A DNA stretch of 41,916 nucleotides, taken from positions 62,001 through 103,916 of the forward strand of contig QPGO01000226.1 of assembly GCA_008632985.1 (NCBI GenBank), written 5' to 3'. The stretch comes from Psammoneis japonica (Eukaryota). Below the pieces are notes generated by a model. That model did no database searches. It had not been told where the DNA came from and saw nothing but the letters and a program-made list of their open reading frames with translations. The translations under genes and the position numbers were made by a program. Below, one piece after another: positions 21,587-32,717 of the stretch (positions are counted from its first letter, which is position 1; every line of letters begins with the position of its first letter).

Positions 21587-24500
21587 GCTGCGACAGACAC
21601 TGGTAGCTTGCTGCCGCTGGTCTTGCTTTTTCAAGTGAAGAGAGAAAAGTCAAGATGTCGCCGTCTTCGTCTCAGGAGGATCTGAAAAAGTCACGAACAG
21701 ACAAAGTAGTGCAGCAATGAAGGAGTGCTTGTAATGCAACACTCGATCGCCTCGCGCCTCGACAGGCTAAAATCGCTACAGTAATCGAACGGAAAAGTGT
21801 GCTCAGTGCGGCAGACGTCAAGTCTGTCCAGCGTGCGTTCACCGAATCTGGCCGTAACCCTCAAACGAACTGATCGACACAATCTTTCAGTGCATGTTCT
21901 AACACCTGCACAAGATGATTCTTTGGCCAGCACCTGGCTGGAGCCCCCCCCCCCCCCCCTGTCTGGCCGCGAGAAAAAAACAGAGAAAGCAAAACAAAAC
22001 CCAAAATCTGTTGTTGAGGTGCTGCTGCACTTCCAGCACCCCACAGCCCCAGCAGCAACAAGCTGACCCGCACCCCCAGTGCACCTGAGTGCCGCAGGGG
22101 GGTTTGGCGGTTGGCCTTGCCACACCAAAGAAACCAGAGATTGTGCAAGTGCCCCTCACAGCCATCCACTTTGCCTTGCAAATGCTTGACCAAAACATTG
22201 GTGTCTCACCATTGCCACTCAACTCTGCAGCCTGTGTGTCGAGGAGCAAGCAAGATGCTCACCCATGGAGCCAAGCAATTTGGGTCAATCTTTTGCCAAG
22301 CAGTCACCAGAATTTAAGCAAATGGCCTTGACTTCTGCTCCTGCATCATCATGTTGTGCCAATTTCCCAATTTCTGCAGGTCCTGCCACTGTGACCAAAC
22401 AAACCTGCCAACTGCAGCAGCTCAATCTAAACAGCACATGTCTTCCACAGAGTTCAAGGATGTTGCAGCAATGTGCAGGTGCTCCCTCTGTGCTTCATTC
22501 CACTGAGAAAAAACCAGCCATTGAAGAGGTGCCATCAACCAAAAAATCTGCTCTTGCCAGGGACCAACAAACATGGCAAGTGTGCACCGTGATGAATCTC
22601 TTCAGCGTGCAGCATTTAACCATGAAGCCAAGAAAGACTGGCCAGCAGAAGTCAGTTGCAAAGAGAAAAAGATGTGTTGATGTCATTGCATTTCTTGCAC
22701 AGGCCCAGCAGGAAGGTGCCATGCCATGCTTCATTGCGAGGGAATTGAAGGACATGGTTTCTGTCCTCCATGGGACGCAGACAATGAATGCACCCATCTG
22801 GACAGTTTTGGACACCCAGCAAACCATCTTGTTGGTGGGCAGCAGATCTTGAGCCAACTTGACTGTGCTGACTTTCCTGCAAATGTTCAAAAAGACATGA
22901 GTTTTGGATGAACTGGCCACCAGTCAATGGAGTTGAACACTTCGTCAGTCCATCTACATTTCTCTTTCATGCACTGGATGAGGGCCAGACTGGATGCTTC
23001 ATGTTAGAAAACAGACTTGAATTTGGAGCCAATGGGGAAGCCTTGAACCATGAGGCCTGTGGAGCAATGTGGCATCCCATGTGCTGCTGAAGCATTGCAT
23101 CAAACTTCTGTTGATGTTGACCTGTGATTCCATTCACATGGACATTCACATTTGCCAGGAGAGACAGCAGTTCACATGGGACTGAAATTTCTTGGTGTCC
23201 TCCCTGGTGAAGGCCCTGAGGATGAGGAGTCAGAAATGCACTCTCAACCAAATGAAAATTCTCATTCAAAATGTCCCAAAATCACCAACCAACACTGAAT
23301 TGGCAACATGTGACATCTACAACAGCAATCAAGGTTGGCTCCAAAGGAGCTGTCTTCATCAGAAATGGGGAGGGGTGCCTTAAGATTCACTATGTTTTGG
23401 ATGAACGCAGAGGCATCACACAGTGCATTTTCCATGCCCAGTGGAAAACCTGTCTGACAACATTCCACCACTCTGACCACAAAGGCATGCCACATGCTTC
23501 AGCATGGCATGAAGAAAGACAAAAAAATGCAGGGCTGGTGCAGTCAACTGAGATCAATCCATCAATGGCAAGCATCCACCCAAAAGTGGCTCAAGATTGT
23601 GGAGTGTTTGAAGCTTTTCCCAGCCATGGCTGGGAGTCATGATCAGCAAGAAGCAGCAAAAGCAAAAACCAGAGCATGCTCTGATCTCTGATGCACCATC
23701 ACAAACTGGGGTGCTCACATTGAGCACACTGCACTTTAAAAAGAGAAAAATGCCAAGTGCTCAAAACCCACGTGCACTCACAAAAACATCAAAGTGTGCA
23801 CAGAACCCTCCACTGCCTGCAGAGTGCTCTCCTGGCAAGCACATGAACACTGCACTGGTTGTTCCAACCATTCGTTTTATTGTGCATTTCAAATGCTCAC
23901 ACAAGACAAAATGACCAGCTCTGATTCAATCACAGCACAGCAACAGCTCACACGGGTGGTGGGGTGGGCCAGAAAAAGATGTGACGCCACCCCCAACATC
24001 ATTGCCAACAATCAAGATGACACCAACCATGCCTCAATTTGTTTTGACACTGGATGATGCTCCCCCCAGTGCTAGAAACAAGCTTGCCTCATGTGCCATG
24101 AACTCAAGCTTAATCTACAGAGGTTGTGATGGTGGTCAACAATGCTGCCTTCTTGCATTTTTCAAGCCCCCTCCCCACACACATCAAATGCCAGCACTGA
24201 ATTTCCCACATCCTTGGCAAGTGCATGAGAGGACAGCAACAAAGCCAAAAGCATGTGCTTTGATCTCCAAGGCACAATGGCAGCACAGCTGTTTTGATTG
24301 AAATGCAGCTGAAAAAGCAAAAGGACCTGGAATGTGGGAGTTGGACTTAAATGGGTGCATTTTGAGTGTGCTGAAACAACAATGTCAACTGCCTTGGTGG
24401 GAACATCTTAATCCTCCTTTTGTCAACAATGCACCTCAAGAAGAATTGCAAGAAAATGAAAATGACAGCAACAACAACATGACAAGTCTCTCAGCTGCCA

Positions 24501-26956
24501 GCAACAAGACTTGGTCTGCTTGGTCACCATGATGCAGCCAGCAGAACGTGCAAGCAAACCTCTGTGTTTGCTGATTTGTTGCCACCAATGAAAGGCCTGA
24601 TGAGCAAAATGTGCAGTTGCCATTCCCAGACAAATTTGACCCAGTTGGCTGACAAGACAGGCATTTTGCAGCCAACAAGGAAGCCTTTGACCTGGACCGC
24701 TGCTTGGGCAACTTGCAAGTTGAAAAGATGGTTGCACACCAGCATGCTGGGCTATGCCACATGTGTGCAACACAGTGTTGGGTTGAAGAACACTGCAATT
24801 GACACCAGTGGTGCTAAAGTGCTTCAGGCCATTTAGAGCTCATTCAGAGAAACTCAAAATTGTTGAGTGAAATCCAAATTCACAATTTCCACTTTTCATG
24901 ATTTGTTCTGCTTTTGTTTGCACTCATTCTTTGAGCACAGCATGTGCGCAGGTGCTTGGTGGGACTTCACTGCCCTGAGTTTGCAGGAACACATGGCGGT
25001 GTCCATGTTGATGGCAGCAGCTCAGTCAAGAGTCTTCATTCTTGAATCTCTTTGCAGTTTAGCCTTGATCAACTGTTGGAGCATCTGGATCATGGGAGAC
25101 ACAGGAGATCTGGATGTGTTGAAGAGAAGATGTTTTGTGGCAATGGCCACACATTGGCTGCAGTTTCCTGATGGCTTTTGGACACAGACAGAGATGCACT
25201 GCCCCTGTTGTTGACAGCATCATTCATTGCACCATGATCATTTCACCCTTCCCAAGTCTCTTTGCACATGCATCAGCACCACTGCCAACCTGGGGTGCTG
25301 TTGCAAGTGGAAAAAGGTGTGCATGTGCCCTGTTTCTTGGCTTTGCTGGCCAAAAGAATGGGCAGCACAGGCAACTTCTTGCTCAGCACTCACATGTGCT
25401 GTTGCACATCAAAGCATGAGTGACCTGTGTTGCTTGCCTTGGTTGTCCTCTTGTCACTCTCATGATTGCCAGTGCTCAGCTGGTTTTGTCAGTGATTCTC
25501 TGTTTTCCTTTCTAAAGAAGCACTCACCTCTGGGTCCTTTTTGAGCTTTAGCATGCTGAGCCACACTCAAAACTTTGGTGATTCTAATCCAAGCGTTTTG
25601 ACCACTGTCATTTAAGAAACTTTTGCCAAATTGGCTTTGCTTGGAGCTTCCTGGTTTTGGGGGGCAAGAGAAGCTGATGTGTGAGGAAACAAATTTCAAC
25701 CCAGCACTGCAAGTCTGTGCATGTTTGTCTGCATTTCTTGACTGTTGACTTGTGGTGGCCATTTTCAAAATTTGTTTGGTGCTGGTGACATTGACTGGAT
25801 TCTTTAAGATTTTTGGCAGGAAAGTCTGTGGCAGGATTCAGCATCCATTGATGTGGCACCCCCGGCCTCTTGAGCAATGGGCAAAGTTGCCATGCTGCTG
25901 CAGTTGTTGTGCATTCTGGCAATGTCTGGCATGGGCAGGGGGTTGCCACCCACTGGCACCAGGGTCCATTTGTTGACAGAGAGAGTGAACCCTGGGGTTG
26001 TGTTCACAATTTGTGTTTGGCAGAAGAGGCTTGCAAAACAAACACATGGAGGTGATTGTTCCCTCTGTTTTTGCCCCAGCCCACAAAACATTTGCTGGAT
26101 GGGTTTGCCACATTGACAGCGCTTTTGCCTGTGAACAGAAATGAAATGAGCTGGTGTGCCAGCTGGTGTTTGTGAAGATTTTTTTGGCAAAAACTCTGCT
26201 GCCATTCAGGGTGGGTGAGATGCCATTTCACCTGACTTGGCTGGCACAGCTCCTTCCAAAGATTTTGCTGATTGTTCAAAGCCACCCACCAAGCCATCAG
26301 ATGAGGATGCCCCCTTGTCCAAATGAAGTTTCCAGTGACATTGTGGAGCTCACAAACACAGCAAAATGCTTGCTTGGCCCCAACATGAAAGCCAATCACA
26401 GTGACAACACCATGGTCCAAAAACAGGCCCAAAATCCAACTCAACCTGCAACAACCACACACACACAGTTGGCCATGGAAAAAGCTCTGAAGAGAGTTTT
26501 CTGCAGAGTCAATTCTTTTGAAGAGTGCCTGCAATTGTAATTTTGTTGAAGCCCACCCAAATGATCCTGCTGTTGTCAACATGCTGGGTGCTGCTGGACT
26601 TCCCGAGAGCACCCTTTTCAAAGACATTGGCTTGCCACACAAGAGATGGCTGGCAACCCCTTGAGTTGCCCATGCAGAGAGCAAATCCTTCACAAGTGCT
26701 TGGTCACCTGTTTGCTGGCAGATGAGTTTTTCACTTTGGCAAAAAGCCCAAGTGATGTGGGTGGTTCTTGTGCACTCCACAGTGGGCTCATTTGCCAACA
26801 AGTGCAGCGGGACAAAACATGGCAGATGCAGCCTTTTGCCATCCCATGAACAGACAGATGCCATGATGTGGCTGGAGATGGGCAGAGTGCATGTCAGTGG
26901 GATCACATTTGCAAGGCATGCACTGTTCATGACGAACAAATGGGCAGGTTGGATTG

Positions 26957-27597
26957 AGGTTAGAACAAGGGGCAGGCATCCTTGCCAGGTGGTGCACAAC
27001 CCTTGTTTGGAAACTGCTGGCATTTTTCTGGCACTGGAGTTGCTGCCAGTTTTGCTTCCAACTGCCAGGTGCACTGCTCCTTTTCTGCAAATAAAATCAA
27101 CACAGTGTGTGAAGGTTTGTGTGTTGTCACTGGATTTGATCATCCCTTCCATCCCATGGACAGACAGATGCTGTCATGTGACTGGCAAGTGATGGATGAA
27201 CACCTCTGCTCTCTAGCTAGCCAGCAGCAGAGTGCAAGCCACTGGCTGCTCTCTAGCAGCAGGACCCTCTCTAGCAGTGGCCAGCTGCTGCCAGCCAGCA
27301 GAGCCACTCCAGCTCTAGCAGCAGAGCAGACTCCATCATGTGCGTGTGATGCGATCATGCTTGCAATGTACAGACCATTCATGCAGCAGGCAAGCAAATT
27401 GAAAATGTGTAAATGGCAACAAACTGTAGGTTGGAACAAGGGGCATCCTCACCAGGCAGTGCACTGTTCCTTGTTTGGAAACTGCTGGCATTTTTCTAGC
27501 ACTGGAGTTGCTGCCGGTTTTGCTTCCGTTTGCCAGGTGCACTGGCCGTGCGTTCCACTGCTCCTTTTCTGCAAATGCAATCAACCCAGTGTGTGAA
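26957..27597. repeat. Dispersed direct duplication (~160 bp; 26957-27113 and 27428-27597)
   Basis: Both copies share cttgtttggaaactgctggcatttttct.gcactggagttgctgcc.gttttgcttcc...tgccaggtgcactg...ctccttttctgcaaat. Confidence 0.85.
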
Positions 27598-27789
27598 CAA
27601 GAGAAGTGCTCATGCATTCGCAATTGAAATTGCTCCTGTTCCTGTGTGTTCAATCTGCTGCTAGAGTGCCATGTGCCCCAGCACAAATCTTGGTGGCATG
27701 CCTTCACAGCAGTTGTAAAGAACACCACACCCACCACACAGGCACAATCCCAACTCTTGTTCTGCAGATGGCTTGGTGTCAGCCATCGT

Positions 27790-29451
27790 GTCTGCAGGAA
27801 CAGACCTGGTGACAACCATGACCACATGGTGCAATCTACCTGACATCATGCAAACAATGCCGTCCATCTTCTCCTTGTAGAAACGCACAGTTTTGACTTG
27901 ACGGGGGTGAGGTTCATCATCAAAAACACCATGTCCCAATGCACCCGCATCTCCACATCCCCATGAGCAGACACAGGTTCCATCCTGCAAGACACAATGC
28001 AACTGCTTGTCACCACAGGCAATTTGCAAGAACACATGGTGCTGGCCCGCAGGCAATTCCGGAAAGGCAATGCAAATTGGCAGCTGCTCCATGGATCCAA
28101 ATGCACATGTTTCCCAAGACAATCCCAGCTGCCCATGGTCTGAATGTCCAAAGCCACAAATGGCTTGGCCCAACAAGTCAAGACACAATGTGTGAGAATT
28201 GCCACATGCCACCTTGATGATGTCCTTGCCATCCATGGTGGGGACGTGTGTGAGTTTGCAATGGTTCACCTCATCACCAAGACCCAGCTGCCTGTAATTG
28301 TTGAATCCGCTGGAGGGCAATGTCACCGGCATTGCAGCAAGCAGTCACCATGGGATGAGACCGTCCACATGCAACATTCACAACGCACTTTTTGGGCCTC
28401 AAGGCTTGATCCTCTCACACAAAGGGATGAGGCATCAAAAAGATCTCATCAAAGACTTGCATCTTGCTCTTGTGCTCAGGTGCAACAACACTTTGTGGCA
28501 CTCTTGAACGCAATTCTGGCATTTCTTAATGGCTCTCTGGTGCTCTTCTTCAACTTCCTCCACCGACTTGTTGATGTCATGTTTGCATTTAGGCTTGTCA
28601 GGCAAGTGCGGCTTCTTGGGCATGAGCTTTGCAAAGTCCACCATGGTTTCACCAGCTTCGTTGACCATTGACCGCAGTGGCCAATTCCTTGTCGCCTGCC
28701 AATTCTCCACAAATCTCCATGCCAAAAGCATTGATGGCATTGCCATCTCCCATGATTGCAGCACAAAAGCTTTCTCCACAAGCCACTGATGCCACCGGAT
28801 CACCCTTGAATTGATGCAACAGCACCGGTGTCAAGTTGGTCTTGCAAATGGCCTTGGCAACACCCTCATCCGTCCCATTGTGCGGAGTGGGGGGATCATG
28901 GTAAAAGGCTCCACTTTGATCCCTGCAACCACCACAGGAAAACGCCGTTCCATCAATGGCAACAAAGACTGAGTGAGCTCCACCAACAGCCACCTGAATC
29001 AAGCAATGGTCCTGCATTTGGCAAATGGCCGATTTGAATCCGGCAACAATTCTGGGCTTGTGTTCAAAAGCCTCACGGCATTTTGTGGAGATTTTCCACA
29101 TCTCAATTGGCCTTCATCATTGCATCCCCAACTGTGCGCCAGGCCCTTGGAAGAAATGGCAACATTGTGAATGGACCCGCATGTGACGAAATCAAAATTG
29201 TCTTCCAATCCCCTGACAATGCGCGGACAGGAAATGGTGTCGACATGAGAGAATCCCAATTGAGACAGTTTGTTGCTTCCAAATGTCATGACTTGACCAA
29301 TGGGACAGTCACACAAGAGCTTGGCAGCAGTGCACAGGGACTTGTAACAGTGGAGTTCATGCATAAACCCAACCTCATGCAGACAGGCATTGTTGCTCAC
29401 CAGCAACAGACAATGGACGCCCCTGTTTCTTCAGTTTGTTCTTGTCACCAT
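27790..29451 (-). pseudogene. RCC1-family beta-propeller pseudogene
   Basis: Successive RCC1 repeats in broken frames: VMTFGSNKLSQLG, VTCGSIHNVAISSKGLAHSWGCNDEGQL, QVAVGGAHSVFV, SVACGESFCAA, GFNNYRQLGLG, KVACGNSHTLCL...FGHSDHGQLGL, VCSWGCGDAGALGHG. Probable start MVTRTN*RNRG at 29451. Confidence 0.85.
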
Positions 29452-29839
29452 TAATTTGTTCTGCAGATTGATCCAAGACACTGCGATGCACTTGTTGAAA
29501 CTGAGCAATGCGTTCTGCTTGCTCCAAAGGCAGAGGGCAAACCGCAATGATGGCTCAACAAGCACGAGTGGTCGTTGGTGAAGCATGACAGCATCATCTT
29601 TGTCTCAAGTGTCTTCCTTGTCCATTCTGTGCATCTTGTCTGTCATGGTTTGGAACACACACACGGGATGCACTGGCCTCTAGAGAGAGTGAGACAGCAA
29701 CAAGAGCATCAAATGCACAGTTCAACGACAGCAACAGCAAGAGCAACGCATCAACAATCTGGTGTCTGATCAATGGACATCATGTTGAACGCATTGATGA
29801 TGATGTTTTCCGATTTTTGAAATTGGCGCCAATCTGCTG

Positions 29840-31330
29840 ATGACACAGAAAGCAACGTGGGTAGACTCCTCTAGCTTTTGTGCCAGCAAGGTGAGCAAAC
29901 CGCAAAACAAAGGGCACAACGGTTGTGTGGAAGGCCGTGACGGACAGATGGATGGATCGTTCCTCAAAATTAACACAAGCGCCCAATGGCAATCAAAACT
30001 AAAAACAATGAAGTGCATGGTCAATCTCTGCAGAATGGCCCAACGACACCCACTGTGGCACCAATGTCACACGTGTTTCTGCCCCCAGCTCCTCAATCGA
30101 CTGTTGGTGGAAGATCCCACAGCACAAAAAATGGTGGGGCCCTTCAGCCCCAACGACCAAGACACTGACATGGTCACGCGTGCCCACTGGGCCATCATGC
30201 AATGCATGGCTGAGGATTCATGAAGCCATGGCAAACAAAGGCATGGATGTTGATTGTTGCCCTCTTGGTGAGGCGGCTTGCTGCGCCGGGTGGCTGCACA
30301 ATGTCCCAAGACTCACAGAGTCAATGTTCCCAAGCCCGCAGGTGTGCACTTGTTTTCCACAATCTGCCAGGCCCAATGATTGTGCTGCTCACAGCAGGCA
30401 TGCAGCAGATTGCCACGGGCCTCAATGCCCTGGTTATGAACATGTGCATGGTGCACCCCCAAGCAACAAGAAGACCAGCAGCAATGTCGGGGTTGCAAGA
30501 AGAGCCAGGTTGTGCTGGCCAACTGCTGTGGAGCCAACTTGCAGAAGTCTGTGCACTGCTAACAAGTTGTGCAAGAGCAGGACCTGTGATGAGCAGCCAC
30601 CCTGCAGCATGTAAATGCTGTGGGTGTGCCTGCCCACAGTGATGAGCGTTGACTCTTTTGGCGCAGATCACCCAGAGACATGACCAATGAGAGACAGTGG
30701 TCTGTGCCTCCCACCTGCATGAGTGGGGAGAGGTTTCTGTGATCTGCTTTTGCATCACTTCAGTGATGCAAAAGCAGCACGTGAGTCTGCAAACACTGTC
30801 TGAGCTGCAGCAAGCTCAATCCTTTCTTTCATCAATGTTGCGCTGCACTTTGATGCTGCAAGATGCATGACAGCACATTTTTGCCACCTTTTGTCCACAA
30901 TTTTCTTGTGTTATCCATGCTCTGCCAATGCTGCGGCATCACCATGAACTTGTGGTGGTGCCAGCAACACTCCTGCTTCTTCTGTGAGTGTTTCCATGTT
31001 TGTGCCAGGCCAAGATCAACCACAGCCTGCTCAGCTTCTTGCTTGTCAGAGGCTCCTTCCTTCTAGAGTACAAGCAGCTCTCTTGCCATCATGGCAGTCT
31101 CCTGCCCCCATGTGGCTGCTTCAGCTTGTGAGATTTGATCCACTTGTTTTGACTCCACCAGTTGACAATCAGCAGCTCAAACTTTGTGGCAGCATTGCTT
31201 TCTTTCCACAGGAGTTGTGTGGTGAGAGTTGCTTTCAAAGTTGGCAACAAATTAAACACCCATCAAGCACACAGGGCTGTGCAAAGTGCATGGCTTTTGC
31301 CAGCTTTCAAGTGTTTTGTTCTTGCTGAAA
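29840..31330 (+). mobile_element. Possible decayed retroelement ORF1/gag-like relic
   Basis: LLVEDPTAQKMVGPFSPNDQDTDMVTR...AWLRIHEAMANKGMDVDC recalls repetitive ORFs of diatom retroelements (recollection only); no RT or recombinase motif seen. Confidence 0.25.
30744..30777. repeat. Perfect 16-bp inverted repeat with 2-nt loop
   Basis: CTGCTTTTGCATCACT-TC-AGTGATGCAAAAGCAG. Confidence 0.9.
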
Positions 31331-32056
31331 AAAGCCTTGCAATCAAGCAGTGCCTGCTCCAACATTGAGCACCCTCTGGCAGAGAAACAGCGCCAAGGAC
31401 CTTGGCAAGTTGGCCCTTTCCACTTTTCCTGCACAGTTGTCATTGCCATGAATTGTTTGCCACAGGCACCCCTGTGCAGCTGGAGCAGAAAAAAACCTGT
31501 GCATGGCCAGTGCAGCATGTTGGCACTCAAGGATGTTTACAATCAAGGAGCTGTCCTGCTCACGTAAGCAGATGCCAAAGTCATGAGATTTGGTGCAACT
31601 TGTCATGACTTTGCACACCAGTTGATGGATGCTCATTGTCAAAAATGCCAAGACAACAAGAGCATGTGTTGCACTGTTGAACAATGTGAGGGATGACTGG
31701 ATTGTGCACAGGGCGCTTCTTGTGGGGTCTGCTGCTGTGGAAAGAAAACCCATCCACGGCTTTTGAAACATCGTGTGATTGTTGTTGAACCAGCAAGTCA
31801 ATGTTGCCCAAAGGAAATCCTGTTGGGCTTCCTATGCCACTCAACACACTCACCTTGGTTGCTTGCAGTGTGGCTGTTGGTTGCCCAAAAGTTGTCAAAC
31901 AAACTTTAAATGAGCAATGCTGCAGACACCAGGCAGCAACGAGCAACAAACTGTGCAAACCAAATGATCCACTTCAAAGAGTGAGATGAAACTGAAGGTG
32001 AGAGATTGGCAACAATGAAATCTCACTTGAAAAGAGTTGCTCAGTGAGCCACGTTA

Positions 32057-32412
32057 GGAGCCACAGCATGTTTTCTTCAATGCATCCCAGTTCTTTGCAT
32101 GTCCGGTGATCCAGATGTTCCAACAGACATGCACTCATGAACAGGAGGCACAAACTAAATGTGCACTTGTCATTGTGCTTTGTGTGATGTCAGCATTTTG
32201 TTTGGCTGTGTGGAACTCAATTTCTGGTCTCCTGGGAGCCACAGCATCTTTTCTTCAATGCATCTGGGTTCTTTGCATGTCCAGTGATCCAGATGTTCCA
32301 ACAGAGATGCACTCATGAACAGGAGGCAACAACCAAACGTGCACCTGTCATTGTGCTTTGTGCAATGTCAGCATTTTGTTTTGCTGTGTGGAGCTCATTT
32401 TCTGGTCTCCTG
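32057..32412. repeat. Tandem duplication, 2 x 178 bp
   Basis: Units 32057-32234 and 32235-32412 both run ggagccacagcat...tttctggtctcctg. Confidence 0.9.
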
Positions 32413-32717
32413 TTGTGCAGTTATGTTTCACCAACAAGTGCAGGACTTGGCACAAGTCTCTGCGGGCATCAGTCCGCACTGCCACAGGCCCATCAATGGC
32501 GCGCGTGACAGAATGCCGGTAGAAATGCAGCAGGAGGTTGGTCACAGAATTCAATTTTTTGGGTTTTTTAGTTTAGTACGATTGAGCTGTTTTGGACTTT
32601 TTCACAAAAAGTGTCCTACTTGGAGTTGCTACTTTTTTTCCAAGCGCATCTCTCTCGTTTCATGGTCTGCTTCGTAGAATAAGAACATGGCTGGAAACGG
32701 CAAGTCACAACCAGAGG

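Larger units (their letters stand above)
21890..32490. other. 10.6-kb decayed block with strong loss of CpG and TpA (relics of genes and probably transposons)
   Basis: Only a few CpG and few TpA per kb versus abundant ones in the flanking genes; large TG/CA excess; no intact ORF; C16 run at 21944-21959 near the left border. Confidence 0.85.

Noticed and set aside
26700..26950. Possible JmjC/cupin relic (QQVQRDKTW)
   Set aside because: Only a few residues match and no HxD...H motif can be reconstructed with confidence.
21890..32490. Classical fungal RIP as the cause of decay
   Set aside because: RIP converts CpA to TpA and enriches TpA; here TpA is depleted and CpA/TpG enriched.
21900..32500. 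Dozens of Cys/His/Gln/Trp-rich ORFs on both strands (for example 26004-27152, 382 aa)
   Set aside because: Loss of TpA removes TAA/TAG stops and TG/CA excess inflates these residues; they are compositional artefacts, not metal-binding proteins.
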